From Takakia lepidozioides (taxonomy: Eukaryota; Plantae; Bryophyta): a DNA stretch of 64,000 nt. The notes beneath the pieces were generated by a model, which searched no databases, was not told the DNA's origin, and was given only the letters and a program-made list of their open reading frames with translations. The position numbers and the translations under genes are program-made. How positions within the stretch are numbered: position 1 is the stretch's first letter; each line of letters begins with the position of its first letter. Location: the NCBI GenBank assembly GCA_030704615.1, contig CM060734.1:26040001-26104000 (forward strand), written 5' to 3'. Shown in pieces: positions 25,951 to 39,600 of the stretch.

Positions 25951-28900
25951 ATGGTCTCCTGGAACATCAGAGGTCTAGGGTCTGAACATGCTTCCGCGAA
26001 GCATGCCTCTGTTAAAGCAGCCCCGGCCCCCTACCTAGTCAAAAACGCAATCTGCTTCTTGCAAGAACACAAGCTGGACGCTTGGAAAATATCCTCTCTC
26101 ACTGATTACCTCTGGCCTCGTGCCAACTCTCTCTGGCAACCAACCTCCCTGGGGTCCAGAGACGGTACATCCATCCTCTTATCCCCATCCCTCTACCCCT
26201 TTCTAGTCTCAGAAAGCTCCTGGGTTCCAGGCAGGATACAATTTTGCTCCATTGACCTCCCTTCCAAAGGGGGCAGGCTAGGCCTTGTAAACATCTACGC
26301 GCCAAACTCCCCGGCTAAGAGGGCTCAAACTTGGGAGTCAATCGAATTAAACATGATCGCTGAGCAGGCTGTGGATTTCTGGATCCTGGCGGGAGACTTC
26401 AATATGGTGGAGTCTCCAGCCGACAGGAGAGGCCTCGGGTCTTTCAACCCAGACATTACAGAGACCCAACACTGGCACAACCTGACCTTAAATCACAACC
26501 TCGTTGAAGTAGAAGCAATTCACCAGGGTTCTCTCTCTCCTGCAGCCCCCATCTTCACATGGTCAAATAATAGGGGCCTCCTGGATCTCCAGATGGCGAG
26601 GCTAGATAGATTTTATGCCTCCATGGATTGCATCCAATGGGCCCAGAGACTCCCCCAACTGCCTATCCAACCTGGGTTTGACCACGCTATGATCCAGGCC
26701 TCTTTCACAGTCCCAAACACTCTCCCAAGGGCCTCTATAAGATGAATGCTTCCCTTCTTTCAATCCCTGCTTTTACCCAGGGCTTGCAGACAGCATGGTC
26801 TCAAGCTGGCAATGGCTCCCAAAACCCTACAGAAAGGTTCCTCTCGAAACTAAAGGCTGTGGGGGTGGCGAGCCAGCTTTTAAGTAGAGATATAGCAGCC
26901 TCTAGGAAAAAGAAAGTTAGAGCCCTTACCAAGTGCCTTTCAGTCTGTCAAAAGAAAATGGAGTCACCTCGGTGCGACGAAGAAACCTTCAATACCTACC
27001 TGGAAGCCAAGCATAATCTTCAAAACTTCCACAACCTGCAAGAGCAAAAACTCAAACTTTCAGCAGGGATCAACTGGTCTTCCAAGGGAGAAAAAATGAC
27101 CAGGTATTTCTTCGCTAAAACCAAACTCAGAAAAGCATCCCAATCCATATCTGAACTCACCGATCTCTCCTCTGGTGCATCCTTCTTAGACCCTAAACCC
27201 ATGGCCCGCTTCGCCGCAAACCACTTTCAAGCCCTCTTCCGCAGTGATGTCCCTGTTGACTCAACAGAGCACAAAGCCTGCCTGGCCAATACACCCACCC
27301 TGGTCTCCCTTGCTGCTGCCGTTTCCCTGGAAGGACCCCTCTCTAAGGACAAACTGTCAGAGGCTTTGTCTAAACTTAAAGAGGGGAAGTGCCTTGGCTT
27401 GGACGGTATCCCAGTGGAGTTCTACAGGAAACTATGGCCCCACATCTTGGAGGACTTTCTAGCAATGTCCAACCACATCTTCCTCTCAAACCACATGCCT
27501 GCTGCAATGTCACAGGGAGTCATTACTCTTCTTTTAAAAAAAAGAGATAGAACTAGCCTGACCAACTACAGACCTATTACCCTTCTGAATGTAGCATACA
27601 AAATCATAGCAAAGGGGCTTGCACTCAGTCTTCAACCTCTTTTGCCTTCCATCATCAGACCAAGCCAATCAGGCTTCATTAAATGAAGGTACATTATGGA
27701 TAACCTGCTGCTAGCCCAAGAGTTACCCCACTACGCTCTCAAAACCCAATAGGCTATAGCCCTCCTTCTCCTCGACTTCAGAAAGGCCTTCGATAGGGTG
27801 GAGTGGCCCTTTCTCTTAGATACCCTTGCCAAGATTGGTCTACCCCCCAGCTTTTGCCAATGGGTACGCATTCTCCTGTCAGGATCAACTAGTAGAGTTA
27901 TTGTTAATGGTTCGGTCTCCAAGCCTTTCTCGCTTCAGTGTTCTGTCAGACAGGGCTGCCCTCTAGCTCCCTTTCTCTTTATCATTGCAGTGGACACCTT
28001 GGGTTACATGCTGCAAGCAAATCAGTGAATCACAAGACTCAAACTCACTAGCTACATCACTAATCAGCCTATACAGATCAGGGAGTCTATGTATGTAGAT
28101 GACACTTTCCTTATGCTTCAAGCAAACCCAATCAATCTAGACAGTGCCTCTACCACTTTATCTTCCTTCTGTGCGGCCTTGGGCTTCAAAGTTAATTGGA
28201 ACAAAACCTGCGCCCTTCTGGTGGGTGATACTTCCCTATCCCGCCTAGGGCCTTCACCCTCCCGGGGAACTAATATAGGTCTTTCTTGGCTGCAACCGGG
28301 TCAGACGACCACCCTGTTAGGCTATACCTTCGGGGTTGACCTCTCAGATGAGCAACGCTTTGCCCCTATCCTTTCAAAGATAAAAAAAAATCTCTCTTTC
28401 TGGGGCTCAACATTCCTATCAATCACAGGACGGGCATTGATAGCAAATCAGGTGGTATCCACTGGCATTTGGTTCTATGCGGCATCCTGGCGCCCCTCCC
28501 GCAGCCAAGTCCGTGAATATAAAGTCTTGCTTTGCAACTTCATCTGGGGAGCTCGCGGGGCAGGTCAAAAGGTTCGTCCACAGGTCTCGTGGAAACAGAT
28601 CTATCAACCAAAGAAAATGGGGGGCTTGGGAGTTCTCGACCCAGAAACCCAGATCACCGCCCTTCTTGGGAAGTGGATCCCCAGATTCTTGGGCCCGGAA
28701 GGAGGTTCGTGGAAGTTTCTAGTGGTGGGGAACCTCATGTTGGCAAGTCCCCTGAAAACCTCCAGCTCCGCTGGATCACACAAGGTTTTAGGCACAAATC
28801 AGTTGGCTCACCTCTCTGGTCTATAATCTGGAAGGCTTGGGCTTCAATCAGACCATTTCTCAAAAAAAAAAAAACCCGAATCTTATGAGGAAACTCTACG

Positions 28901-29582
28901 GCAGCATCTTTTTCTGAACACCAACAGTCCCTCGTCGGAAGAAATGGGTCTGGCCAAGAGATGGTCTGCCTGGGACAACAGAGGCATAACCCAACTTAAG
29001 GACCTGTGGTCACCTGCGGGTTTTCGGCAGGAAGTTTCCATCGCCCCTATAGTGGGTATGACCAGGGTCAGATCAGGGCTTCAACTTATTATCAATTCTA
29101 TTCCACTACACTGGTTGCAGCTCTGCAGGCAGGGCCTCAAACCCCCTCCATGAACTTCTGGACTTTGGGTATCATAAATGGTCAGCTCACCATCATCCTG
29201 GTCCTTCAAGTCACTGATTCACACTATCATGGGTTCACTTTCCACATTCACCCTCATACTCTGACCCTCATCCTAATCTCCCATTCACAATCTCTCTTCC
29301 CTCGCTTCACTCATACCCCTGTTCGAATCTGCAACTGGTCTTCAAAATTCAAAGATTTTGATCCTCTCCCCCCCCTCACTACACCTATCCTTTCCTGGCT
29401 AGCTTCAAACACGTTTGTGTGGATCTCTGGTAGGCCCTTGGCTGACCTCAATCTAGACCCAAAAGAATGGGATTGGAATTTTGGCCGTTCCCAACCCCGC
29501 TTCTCTCCTACACCCCCAAGAAAGCCTACAGGGTCCTCAACAATCCGCTTCCCCTTTCCTCCAAATGGAATGGCAAGTGGGC
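25951..29582 (+). pseudogene. L1 ORF2 (APE endonuclease plus reverse transcriptase), disrupted
   Basis: SWNIRGL, LQEHK, NIYAPN, GDFN, RLDRFY; GLDGIPVEFY, NYRPITLLN, DFRKAFDRV, RQGCPLAP, YVDD, GGLGV. Confidence 0.93.
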
Positions 29583-30569
29583 TGTCAAGTTATTTTACCA
29601 CTAGTGTGAAACTAGCTAGGAAATAGCTAGCTTTTACATATTGACATTTGGGATTGGCCCAAGTGTCAATCCAGGGGTCAAGGCAGATTTAGGCCCTGGA
29701 GTGGTTATCTTCACGGCAAGCGCGGGAGGCTCATCTTTCTCGAGTTGAGCCTCACCGCGCCTAGCTATGGCACCGTAGTGTGGATTCCCCATGGCGTGGG
29801 GTGCACTTGGCTTGACTTGTATTTGAGTGATGAGGTTATATATGCATGAGTTTATGCTTCAGATTTGTGAGCTCGTGCTTGTATTCTTCTTCTTTATCAC
29901 TCGAGAAAGATCAGCTCGTATCTGTGAGTGCCAGATACGAGTTAGTTGTAGCACTTGTGGTTTTTGCTTGAGAATGAGAGAAACCAAGTTGTTATGTAAG
30001 GAGCACCGTGGAGCTCTTGGTTGTTAGAAGCGGAGGCGATGTGGGTTACGAGGTGGTAGACCTTGGCATTCGATCTTCAGCTTCAGAGATGAAAGCACCA
30101 TGCTGCAGGTAATTCCAGAGCACCTTGATGGTTTCAGATTGTGTACATGCATGAGCAAGCACGATTGGGAAGAGGACCGGTCAAGAGCAGGTTATAGTGG
30201 CTTTGGTGGCAAAGCTGAGAACTGGACTTGGGAATGCGAGCTTTCATTGTGTGAAGGATTGCAAGACCAAGCGAAAGGGCTGATTTGGCTTGGGGCAAAT
30301 CAGTGCACTTTGTGGAGTATGGTGAGATTGGGTTTCAATCTCGAGCTTCAGCATTGAGAGGGCTCTTGTCATGGCAAGAGCAGGGCTGGAACAGGAGCTA
30401 AGAGGTATGGCAAGGCCATGGAATGTGCACCTAGGGTTTCAGAGCTTGGAAGAAGAGCTCTTGCACCACAAGAGAAGTGTCTTGTGGCTGGAAATGTAAG
30501 CCTTAGGGTTTCAGGAGCTTGGCAAAGGCTGTGGAGTGCTTAGTCTTGTCTTAGAGACCATCAAGGAGC

Positions 30570-30960
30570 CAAGGAGCCAAGATAGGGGGCTGATATCTCT
30601 TGTGTGAAGAGGTTGCATGTGTGGAGCATGTATTCAGCTCATTGAAGCTTCCATCTTCAAGCTTGGAGGGCAAGCAAGGAAGAGGGAATGGCTGACTTCC
30701 CTCATGTGAGGGCAATGCATGTGTGGAGCATGCTATCAGCCTGGTGAAGGCTTGCACTTTCAGGTGTGGGAGTGCAAGAAAGGAAGGAAGGGGCTGGTTT
30801 CCCTGTAGGGCATGTGGAGCATGCTTTCAGCCTGCTGAAGCTTGTATTTTCAGGTTTGTGGGTGCAAGAAATGAAGCAAAGGAGCTGATTCTCTGATGGT
30901 GAGAGTGGGGCATGTGTGGAGCATGCCTTCAGCCCATTGAGGCTCTTGTTTTCAAGCTTT
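30570..30960. repeat. Four degenerate ~100-bp repeats inside the A2 LTR
   Basis: gcatgt(gt)ggagcatg..ttcagc recurs at ~30615, 30717, 30810 and 30910. Confidence 0.7.
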
Positions 30961-31434
30961 AGAGAGCTAGAACGGAAGGTCTAGGGCTGGTTTCCACTTG
31001 GAGTGAAAGAAAAGCACTTGTAGGGCCTATGTGAGTTGGGGTTTCAACTTCAAGCTTGAAGGGAGCGCAACTCTTGAAGCAGCAAGTGTAGGGGGCTGGA
31101 ATAGGCTCTAAGACAGATGCTATGGCCAAGGAGAGTGCTTGAATGAGTGCTCACAAGGGCTGGGAACCAGCAGGGCTTGGTTGTTTGCCATTGAGTTTAG
31201 TGGCGTGTTTGGGGAGGCTAAGTGATAAAGAAGGCTTGGTTTGTGGCAACCACCTCATGGCTTAGGGCTACTATGGTGGTGTGTGGGAGCCGAAAGAGCA
31301 AGAATACCTTGCTGATTTCCTCACAGCCGCCATAGCTCGGTGGAAAGAAGCCTAGAGTCCAAGAGACACAAACCCTAGCTTGGCATGGCTAAACCCCTTG
31401 GAGAAATGGCTAAACTGCCAGAGCGGCCATGGAT

Positions 31435-32640
31435 GGGGCTGTGACGGGCTGTGTCAGGCCGTGCCTGAGGCCTGTGGGGCTGTGAGGGGCTGTGATAGGC
31501 TGTGCCTGTGGCCTTTGGGGCTGTGACGGGCTGTGACAGGCTGTGCCCAGTGGCCTGTGGGGCTGTGGCGGGCTGTGCCCTGTGGCCTGTGGGGCTGTGA
31601 CGGGCTGTGCGGGGCTGTGATAGGCTGTGCCCAATGGCCTGTGGGGCTGTGACGGGCTATGCAGGGCTGTGACAGGCTGTGCCCAGTGGCCTGTGGGGCT
31701 GTGAGGGGCTGTGACAGGCCGTGCTTGAGGCCTTTGGGGCTGTGAGGGGCTGTGAGGGGCTGTGAGGGCTGTGACATGCCGTGCCTGAGGCCTTTGGGGC
31801 TGTGAGGGGCTGTGACATGCCGTGCCTGAGGCCTTTGGGGCTGTGACGGGCTGTGAGGGGCTGTGTCAGGCCGTGCCTGAGGCCTGTGGGGCTGTGACGG
31901 GCTGTGAGGGGCTGTGACAGGTTGTGCCAGTGGCCTGTGGGGCTGTGACGGGCTGTGCGGGGCTCTGACAGGCTGTGCCCAGTGGCCTGTGAGGCTGTGA
32001 CGGGCTGTGAGGGGCTGTGACAAGCTGTGCCCATGGCCTTTGGGGCTGTGATGGGCTGTGAGGGGCTGTGACAGGCCGTGCCTGAGGCCTTTGAGGCTGT
32101 GACGGGCTGTGAGGGGCTGTGACAGGCCGTGCCTGAGGCCTTTGGGGCTGTGATGGGCTGTGAGGGGCTGTGTCAGGCCGTGCCTAAGGCCTTTGGGGCT
32201 GTGAGGGGCTGTGTCGGGCTGCGCCGGTGGCCTTCGGGGCTGTGAGGGCCTGTGACGGGCTACGCCGGTGGCCTTGGGGGCTGTGATGGGCTGTGAGGGG
32301 CTGTGACAGGCCGTGCCTGAGGCCTTTGGGGCTGTGACGGGCTGTGAGGGGCTGTGTCAGGCCGTGCCTGAGGCCTGTGGGGCTGTGACGGGCTGTGAGG
32401 GGCTGTGATAGGCTGTGCCTAGTGGCCTGAGGCCTTTGGGGCTGTGACGGGCTGTGAGGGGCTGTGTCAGGCCGTGCCTCAGGCCTTTGGGGCTGTGACG
32501 GGCTGTGCGGGGCTGTGACAGGTTGTGTGGGGCTGTGACAGGCTGTGGCGAGCTGTGACGGGCTATGAGGGGCTGTGACAGGCTGTGCCCAGTGGCCTGT
32601 GGGACTGTGATGGCTGTGACCAGTGAGCTGTGTGGGCCTG
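31435..32640. repeat. G-rich minisatellite, 10-bp unit GGGCTGTGA(C/G), with higher-order cassettes
   Basis: Directly visible reiteration of ggggctgtga / gacgggctgt / caggccgtgcctgaggcc. Confidence 0.97.
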
Positions 32641-35600
32641 TGCTGGTCTGTGGTGGCCCGTGTTGACCTGTGGACGGCCTGTGCTGACTCGTGGAGGCAC
32701 TGGTGGACTGCCTAAGGACTGGCATGTGGGCTGGAAGGCCGAATTTTGAAGCTCGTGGAGGGCGGTTTGAGGAGTATCTTCATGATATTCCCATGGTCAT
32801 GCAAGTGAGGGAAGAGAGGAGAGGAAGAGTGTTGGGATGAGGGCATGCTGGGGTTAGGCATTGCTTTAGCTTCTCTTCCTCGTAGTTTCCACCCTCTCAT
32901 TAGGCCAAGACCTTTCCGTAGGTGGAGGCATGAGTCAGTCCGGGTTTGGGCTGGGGTGTCCTTGTAGGAGCAACACCGTGGAGTTGTTTTTGGTGTGGGG
33001 GAGTTGTCGTTCTGATTTCTTGTGTTTGGATCCCCTCCATACCTGCATGCTTGACTGTGCGCCATGCTAGTTTTGTGTGGGCGCTTGTTTTTATAGGTGA
33101 TTGGTCCGGATTTGATCACCGGCCAGTCCTAGAGCATGCTGTCGATGGTGAGGTTGGGGTGATGACCAGCCAGACCATCATTGTTTCTCCTGTGGTGAGG
33201 TTGGAGGTGATGACCAGCCAACCATAGGAGTGCTTGCGGTGGATGCAGGTACAGGTGTAGGCTATGTTAGGAACTTAGTATTCCAAACCATAAGCCGCAA
33301 CAGGTTCTCTACCCGGTTACCTTGTGGAGAGGGGGTTAGGGACATGTTCATGACCGGTTGAGTGTCAACACGGAGGTGCCACTAGTTGCTGGGGACAGTG
33401 CCGGTTTGAGCACTAGCGATACTAGTGGGTACACGAGACGAGGTGTGCGGTTTAGGCCACCTCCACCTCCTGTGTCTTCCACGGAAGGTTCTAATTCGGA
33501 TTGTGAATCAGGAGGACTCATACCGGCGGTGCAAGTTGTTTCTTTGCCATTGTTGTGGGACACAATGGAGGAGATGTATGGAGCTACCAAGGGGCCACGA
33601 AGGTACTCTGGGCGGTGGACACCATCGAGTTGGATGATTTTATCCAAGAGTTTGATAGTTGGTGTGATTTGCAGCAAATGCGCAATCCACAACTATTTAC
33701 GCCGTTCATGGCATGGAAAGGGCTGTTTCAGCACCTTGAGGGGCCGCCTATGGATGATTACCATGAGTTCAGGCGGGGGCATGAGGTTGAGATCGAGGAG
33801 TGGAGGATGTACTGGTCACCCGACTATGTCTCCATCACTAGGGGCACTAGAGCCACGAGGGCAGTGGCTACACCTGCCGCTGCACCGGCAGCTTCAGCAA
33901 GTAGCAGTGGAACTAGTGGGACTGGTGGTACAGTAGCTACGACGTCCACCCAAGCCACTACCGCACCAGCACTAGCACCCGTGCCTGCCTTCAACCCTGT
34001 TGTGGAGTTCTTTGAAGAGTTGAGAGGGAACTACCAAGGGGTGAGGACAGAGAAGTTGCGGAGCTTGCAAGAGTTCCAACGGAAGCCGACCGAGAGCTTG
34101 AGGGAGGCTTTCACTCGCATGAGGCGCTTGATAAATGTAACCCAAGGGGTTACGGAAGCTCAGGCAGTCCAATTATGGTATGGGATATTGAACAAGGAGC
34201 TGAGGAGAAGGGTGCGGGATGCAACTCTCCTGCAAGCGGCCCAACCCACCTTAGCAAATGTGTTTTTGCTGGCAGAGCGGATAGAGCTCAACATGGTGGA
34301 GGAACGAGTGGTCATGGTGGGATTTGCTAAGGAGACACCACGGGGTAGTGGTGCTCCTAGCCAACCACTACCTCAACGTGCTCAAGGCAACAAGGGGGCT
34401 CAGGTGAAGCTCAGGGAAGGGCAGAGAGGACCTCAGATGCAGGGGTCTCTCCCTTCATTTGCTGGCCAACAACGGGCGGAGGTGGTGTGCTGGACATGTG
34501 GAGGACCCCATGTCAAGAAGGATTGCCCAGAGGGAGGCAAAGGGTCGGCACATGCACAGCCTGCACAGTTGCAGTGTGGGCATTGTGGCAAGCACGGGCA
34601 TAGAGAGGCCCAGTGTTATGGTTTGCATCCTGAGTTGCGCCCAGGCCAGTTCCAAGGGAACAATGGTGGCCGGGGGCGAGGTGGAGCAGCCCAGAGAGGA
34701 CGAGGTGGCCAGCCACGAGGTGCAGGCCAAGGGCAAGCTCAACATGGCCAAGGACACGGAGGTCAGGGTGTTGACCAAGGCATGGCCAACCGGCTTCAGC
34801 AGCTAGAGCAGAGGCTCGCTGCCATGGCTACAGCTCAGGTGGTACCGGCTCTAAGGCCGGATGGTCCACCTCCTGCTCCTGAGGGAGAAGATATGAGAGG
34901 CATGGGATTCATGTGTGGAGCAGCACTACCACTAGTGCAGGTGGAGTCTGCTGCAGCCGTGACTCGAGGAGTAGCACGAGTTCCTGAGCCACGAGGTGCA
35001 GAGGTGGAGTTGGATCCACAACGTGGGGAGGCAAGCCGTCAGGCTAGGCTTCCTCAGTCATTCACATTGGCGGAGACAGTGTCGACGCCATCCATGGCAC
35101 CTAGTTCTCGCCCGACGGTTATCGAGGCGGAGGTTACTATGCCATTGGGGAGAGCTACACGGGTAGCACCACTACCTAGTGTTGCCAAGGCTGCGGCAGC
35201 TAGTGTGCTGCTAGGAGCGGCCACATCTGTGTGCCAGGCTCCATTGTTCTCGGCTACCATGATTGCGACGCCGGGGGTAAAACCAGCTGAGGTGTTCAGG
35301 CTGGCAGCTACACTCTGTGAGAGTGGGGAGGTTACTTCATCTTCTGCGGAGATAGTGGGAGGTGTAGTGCCGGAGGGATCCTCGGATTTGAGGGTCAAGA
35401 CTGCCACGGCGGTGCCATGGCAAGCTGCAGCTGCCAGGTTGATGGAGCTGCCAGCTAGGCCAGCCATTGAGCGCGCCATGGTGACACCTGGAGTTGTCAT
35501 GTTAGACAACCAGGATGGCATTTTCTGTTTGAGTGGACCGGCAGGCAAGAGGTACCGGCCACTACGGGTCTTGTTGGACTCGGGAGCTCAGCCATTGATG

Positions 35601-36141
35601 TTGGGCAGAGCTGCTATTGCAGGCTTGGGCCTCACGGAGGCGGATATGGAGCCTTGTCCTTTCCATATACAGACGTCTCTGGGAGGATCGGAGCAGGCTC
35701 GGGGCATGACACGGCGTGAGTTGGCTATCAGACTACGGCAGATGGCTCAGTGATGCGAGCCAAGGCCATTGTGACAGACGCAGTCTCATACGATGTCCTG
35801 GTTGGTGGGGCAGTGTTGTACCCCATGGGCTTCACCCTGGATTTTTGGGATGAGTCAGCTTCCTATAGGCCTGCATGGCAGTCAGGGGAGGGCCGGCATG
35901 TGCAGCTCCTTGTGATGTTCATAGGAGGAGTTGCGGTTTCCCAGCGAGGCAAGATGCCGACACTAGCAGCATTCACAGCGGCAGTGAGTTGGCCTAGAGA
36001 ATTGCTTGAGGGCAATGCTCTCATCAGAGGATGTATCACCTCCGGAGAGCAGGATGACATGTATGGTATGGCGGAGTTGCTACCATGGTTGCTCAGACTC
36101 CATTGTGGGGCACGAGCAAGGATTTGCAGCGGATGCTGATC

Positions 36142-36641
36142 NNNNNNNNNNNNNNNNNNNNNNNNNNNNNNNNNNNNNNNNNNNNNNNNNNNNNNNNNNN
36201 NNNNNNNNNNNNNNNNNNNNNNNNNNNNNNNNNNNNNNNNNNNNNNNNNNNNNNNNNNNNNNNNNNNNNNNNNNNNNNNNNNNNNNNNNNNNNNNNNNNN
36301 NNNNNNNNNNNNNNNNNNNNNNNNNNNNNNNNNNNNNNNNNNNNNNNNNNNNNNNNNNNNNNNNNNNNNNNNNNNNNNNNNNNNNNNNNNNNNNNNNNNN
36401 NNNNNNNNNNNNNNNNNNNNNNNNNNNNNNNNNNNNNNNNNNNNNNNNNNNNNNNNNNNNNNNNNNNNNNNNNNNNNNNNNNNNNNNNNNNNNNNNNNNN
36501 NNNNNNNNNNNNNNNNNNNNNNNNNNNNNNNNNNNNNNNNNNNNNNNNNNNNNNNNNNNNNNNNNNNNNNNNNNNNNNNNNNNNNNNNNNNNNNNNNNNN
36601 NNNNNNNNNNNNNNNNNNNNNNNNNNNNNNNNNNNNNNNNN
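36142..36641. other. Assembly gap (500 N)
   Basis: Run of N. Flanks show extra indels typical of low-quality contig ends. Confidence 1.
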
Positions 36642-39600
36642 AACACCCTCGCAATGTTTAAGCAATCAAAGCAATTTGATCATCGAACGATGGTTCACAC
36701 CCCTTTCAATCAATTTGATTGACTTCATACTTGAGAGGAGCATTGACAGGTATTCCAACACAGCGCATGTTTGAAATCAAATCAAAAATTCATTTGTAAC
36801 ATCGAACGATGTGTTCACCCTTCAATCAATTTTGATTGACTTATACTTGATAGGAGCATGGGAACAAGTTGTCCAACACACACAAGATGGAAAGCAATCA
36901 CAATTCATTTGAACATCGAAGGAGCGTTCACCCTTTGAATCATTTCGATGACCTCATACTCGACACGTACCTCTAAACAAGATATGTCCAACACACTTGC
37001 AATGTTTGAAGGCAATCAAAAATCATTTGAACAACCGAACGATGGGTTCACCCTCATCCATTTTTTTTATTGACTTCATACTTGAGAGGAGCATGTGACA
37101 AGGTAGTCCAACACACAAGCAAAGATTGAAAGCAATCAAAAATTCATTTCAACATCGAACGATGGATTCACCCTTTGAATCGATTTTGATTGACATGATA
37201 CTCGACACGTACCTCTGACAAGGTATGTCCAACACACTCGCAATGTTTGAAAGCAATTAAAAATTCATTTGAACATCGAACGAGGGTTCACCCTTTGAAT
37301 CAATTTTGATTGACCTCATCTCGACACGTACCTCTGACAAGGTCAGTCCAACACACTCGCAATGTTTGAAAGCAATCAAAGATCTTTGAACATCGAACGA
37401 TGGTTCACCTTTCAATCAATTTTGATTGGCTTCGTACTTGAGAGGAGCATGTGACAAGGTTTCCAATACACTCGCAAAGATTGAAGCCATCTAAATCATT
37501 TGAACATCAAACGATGGGTTCACCCTTTGAATCAATTTCGATTGACCTCATACTCGACACGTACCTCTAACAAGATATGTCCAACACACTCGCAATGTTT
37601 GAAAGCAATCAAAAATCATTTGAACACCGAACGATGGGTTCACCCTTCAATCAATTTTATTGACTTCATACTTGAAGGAGCAATGTGACAAGGTATGTCC
37701 AACACACCTCGCAAAGATTGAAAGTAATCAAAAATTCATTTGAACATCGAACGATGGGTTCAACCTTTGAATCAATTTCGATTGACGTGATACTCGACAC
37801 ATACCTCTGACAAGGTATGTCCAACACACTCGCAATGTTTGAAAGCAATCAAAAATCATTTGATCATCGAACGATGGGTTCACCCTTTCAAGCAATTTGT
37901 GATTGACTTCATACTTGAGAGGAGCATGTGACAAGGTATGTCCAACACACTCGCAAAGATTGAAAGTAATCAAAAATTCATTTGAACATCGAACGATGGG
38001 TTCACCCTTTGAATCAATTTCGATTGACGTGATACTCCACACGTACCTCTGACAAGGTACATCCAACACACTCGCAATGTTTGAAAGCAATCAAAGATCA
38101 TTTGAACATCGAACGATGGTTTTACCCTTTCAATCAATTTTGATTGACTTCATACTTGAGAGGAGCATGTGACAAGGTATGTCCAACACATTCGCAAAGA
38201 TTGAAAGCAATCAAAAATTCATGAACATATCGAACGATGGGTTCACCCTTTCAATCAATTTTGATTGACTTCATACTTGAGAGGAGCATGTGACAAGGTA
38301 TGTCCAAAACACTCGCAAAGATTGAAAGCAATTAAAAATTCATTTGAACATCGAACGATGGATTCACCCTTTGAATCGATTTCGATTGACCGCATACTCG
38401 ACACGTACCTCTGACAAGGTAAGTCCAACACACTCCCAATGTTTGAAAGCAATCATAGATCATTTGAACATCGAACGATGGGTTCACCCTTTCAATCAAT
38501 TTTGATTGACTTCATACTTGAGAGGAGCATGTAACAAGGTATGTCCAACACACTCGCAAAGATTGAGAGCCATCAAAAATTCATTTGAACATCGAACGAT
38601 GGGTCACCCTTTCAATCAATTTGGATTGACGTGATACTCGACACGTACCTCTGACAAAGTATGTCCAACATACTCGCAATGTTTGAAAGCAATCAAAGAT
38701 CATTTGAACATCGAACGATGGGTTCACCCTTTCAATCAATTTTGATTGACTTCATACTTGAGAGGAGCATGTGACAAGGTATGTCCAACACACTCGCAAA
38801 GATTGAAAGCAATCAAAAATTCATTTGAACATCGAACGATGGGTTCACCCTTTGAATCAATTTCGATTGACCTCATACTCGACACGTACCTCTGACAAGG
38901 TAAGTCCAACACACTCGCAATGTTTGAAAGCAATCAAAGATCATTTGAACATCGAACGAAGGGTTCACCCTTTCAATCAATTTTGATTGACTTCATACTT
39001 GAGAGGAGCATGTGACAAGGTATGTCCAACACATTCGCAAAGATTGAAAGCAATCAAAAATTCATTTGAACATCGAACGATGGGTTCACCCTTTCAATCA
39101 AATTTTATTGACTTCATACTTGAGAGGAGCATGTGACAAGGTATGTCCAACACACTCGCAAAGATTGAAAGCAATCAAAAATTCATTTGAACATCGAACG
39201 ATGGGTTCACCCTTTCAATCAGTTTCAATTGACCTGATACTCCACACGTACCTCTGACAAGGTAAGTCCAACACACTCACAATGTTTGAAAGCAATCAAA
39301 GATCATTTGAACATCGAACGATGGGTTCACCCTTCAATCAATTTTGATTGACTTCGTACTTGAGAGGAGCATGTGACAAGTATGTCCACACACTCGCAAA
39401 GATTGAAAGCAATCAAAATTCATTTGAACATCGAACGATGGGTTCACCCTTTGAATCAATTTCGATTGACCTCATACTCGACACGTACCTCTGACAAGGT
39501 AAGTCCAACACACTCGCAATGTTTGAAAGCAATCAAAGATCATTTGAACATCGAACGATGGTTTCACCCTTTCAATCAATTTTGATTGACTTCATACTTG

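Larger units (their letters stand above)
22700..29582 (+). mobile_element. L1-clade LINE, degenerate, 3' end interrupted by Gypsy A2 (5' boundary approximate)
   Basis: ORF1 with zinc knuckle followed by ORF2 with APE endonuclease and RT. Multiple stops and frameshifts. Confidence 0.92.
29583..36141 (+). mobile_element. Family A Gypsy copy A2 (putative long 5' LTR 29583-33344, gag-protease 33370-36141), cut by the assembly gap
   Basis: Starts TGTCAAGTT like A3. Gag with two CCHC knuckles and protease VLLDSGA. Collinear with A3 up to ~150 bp before the DNMT domain. Confidence 0.9.

Noticed and set aside
31410-32725. His/Pro/Ser-rich repeat proteins on the minus strand
   Set aside because: These are translations of the 10-bp minisatellite. 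The unit is not a multiple of 3.
35863-36774. Long ORFs spanning the N run
   Set aside because: Artefacts of the assembly gap.
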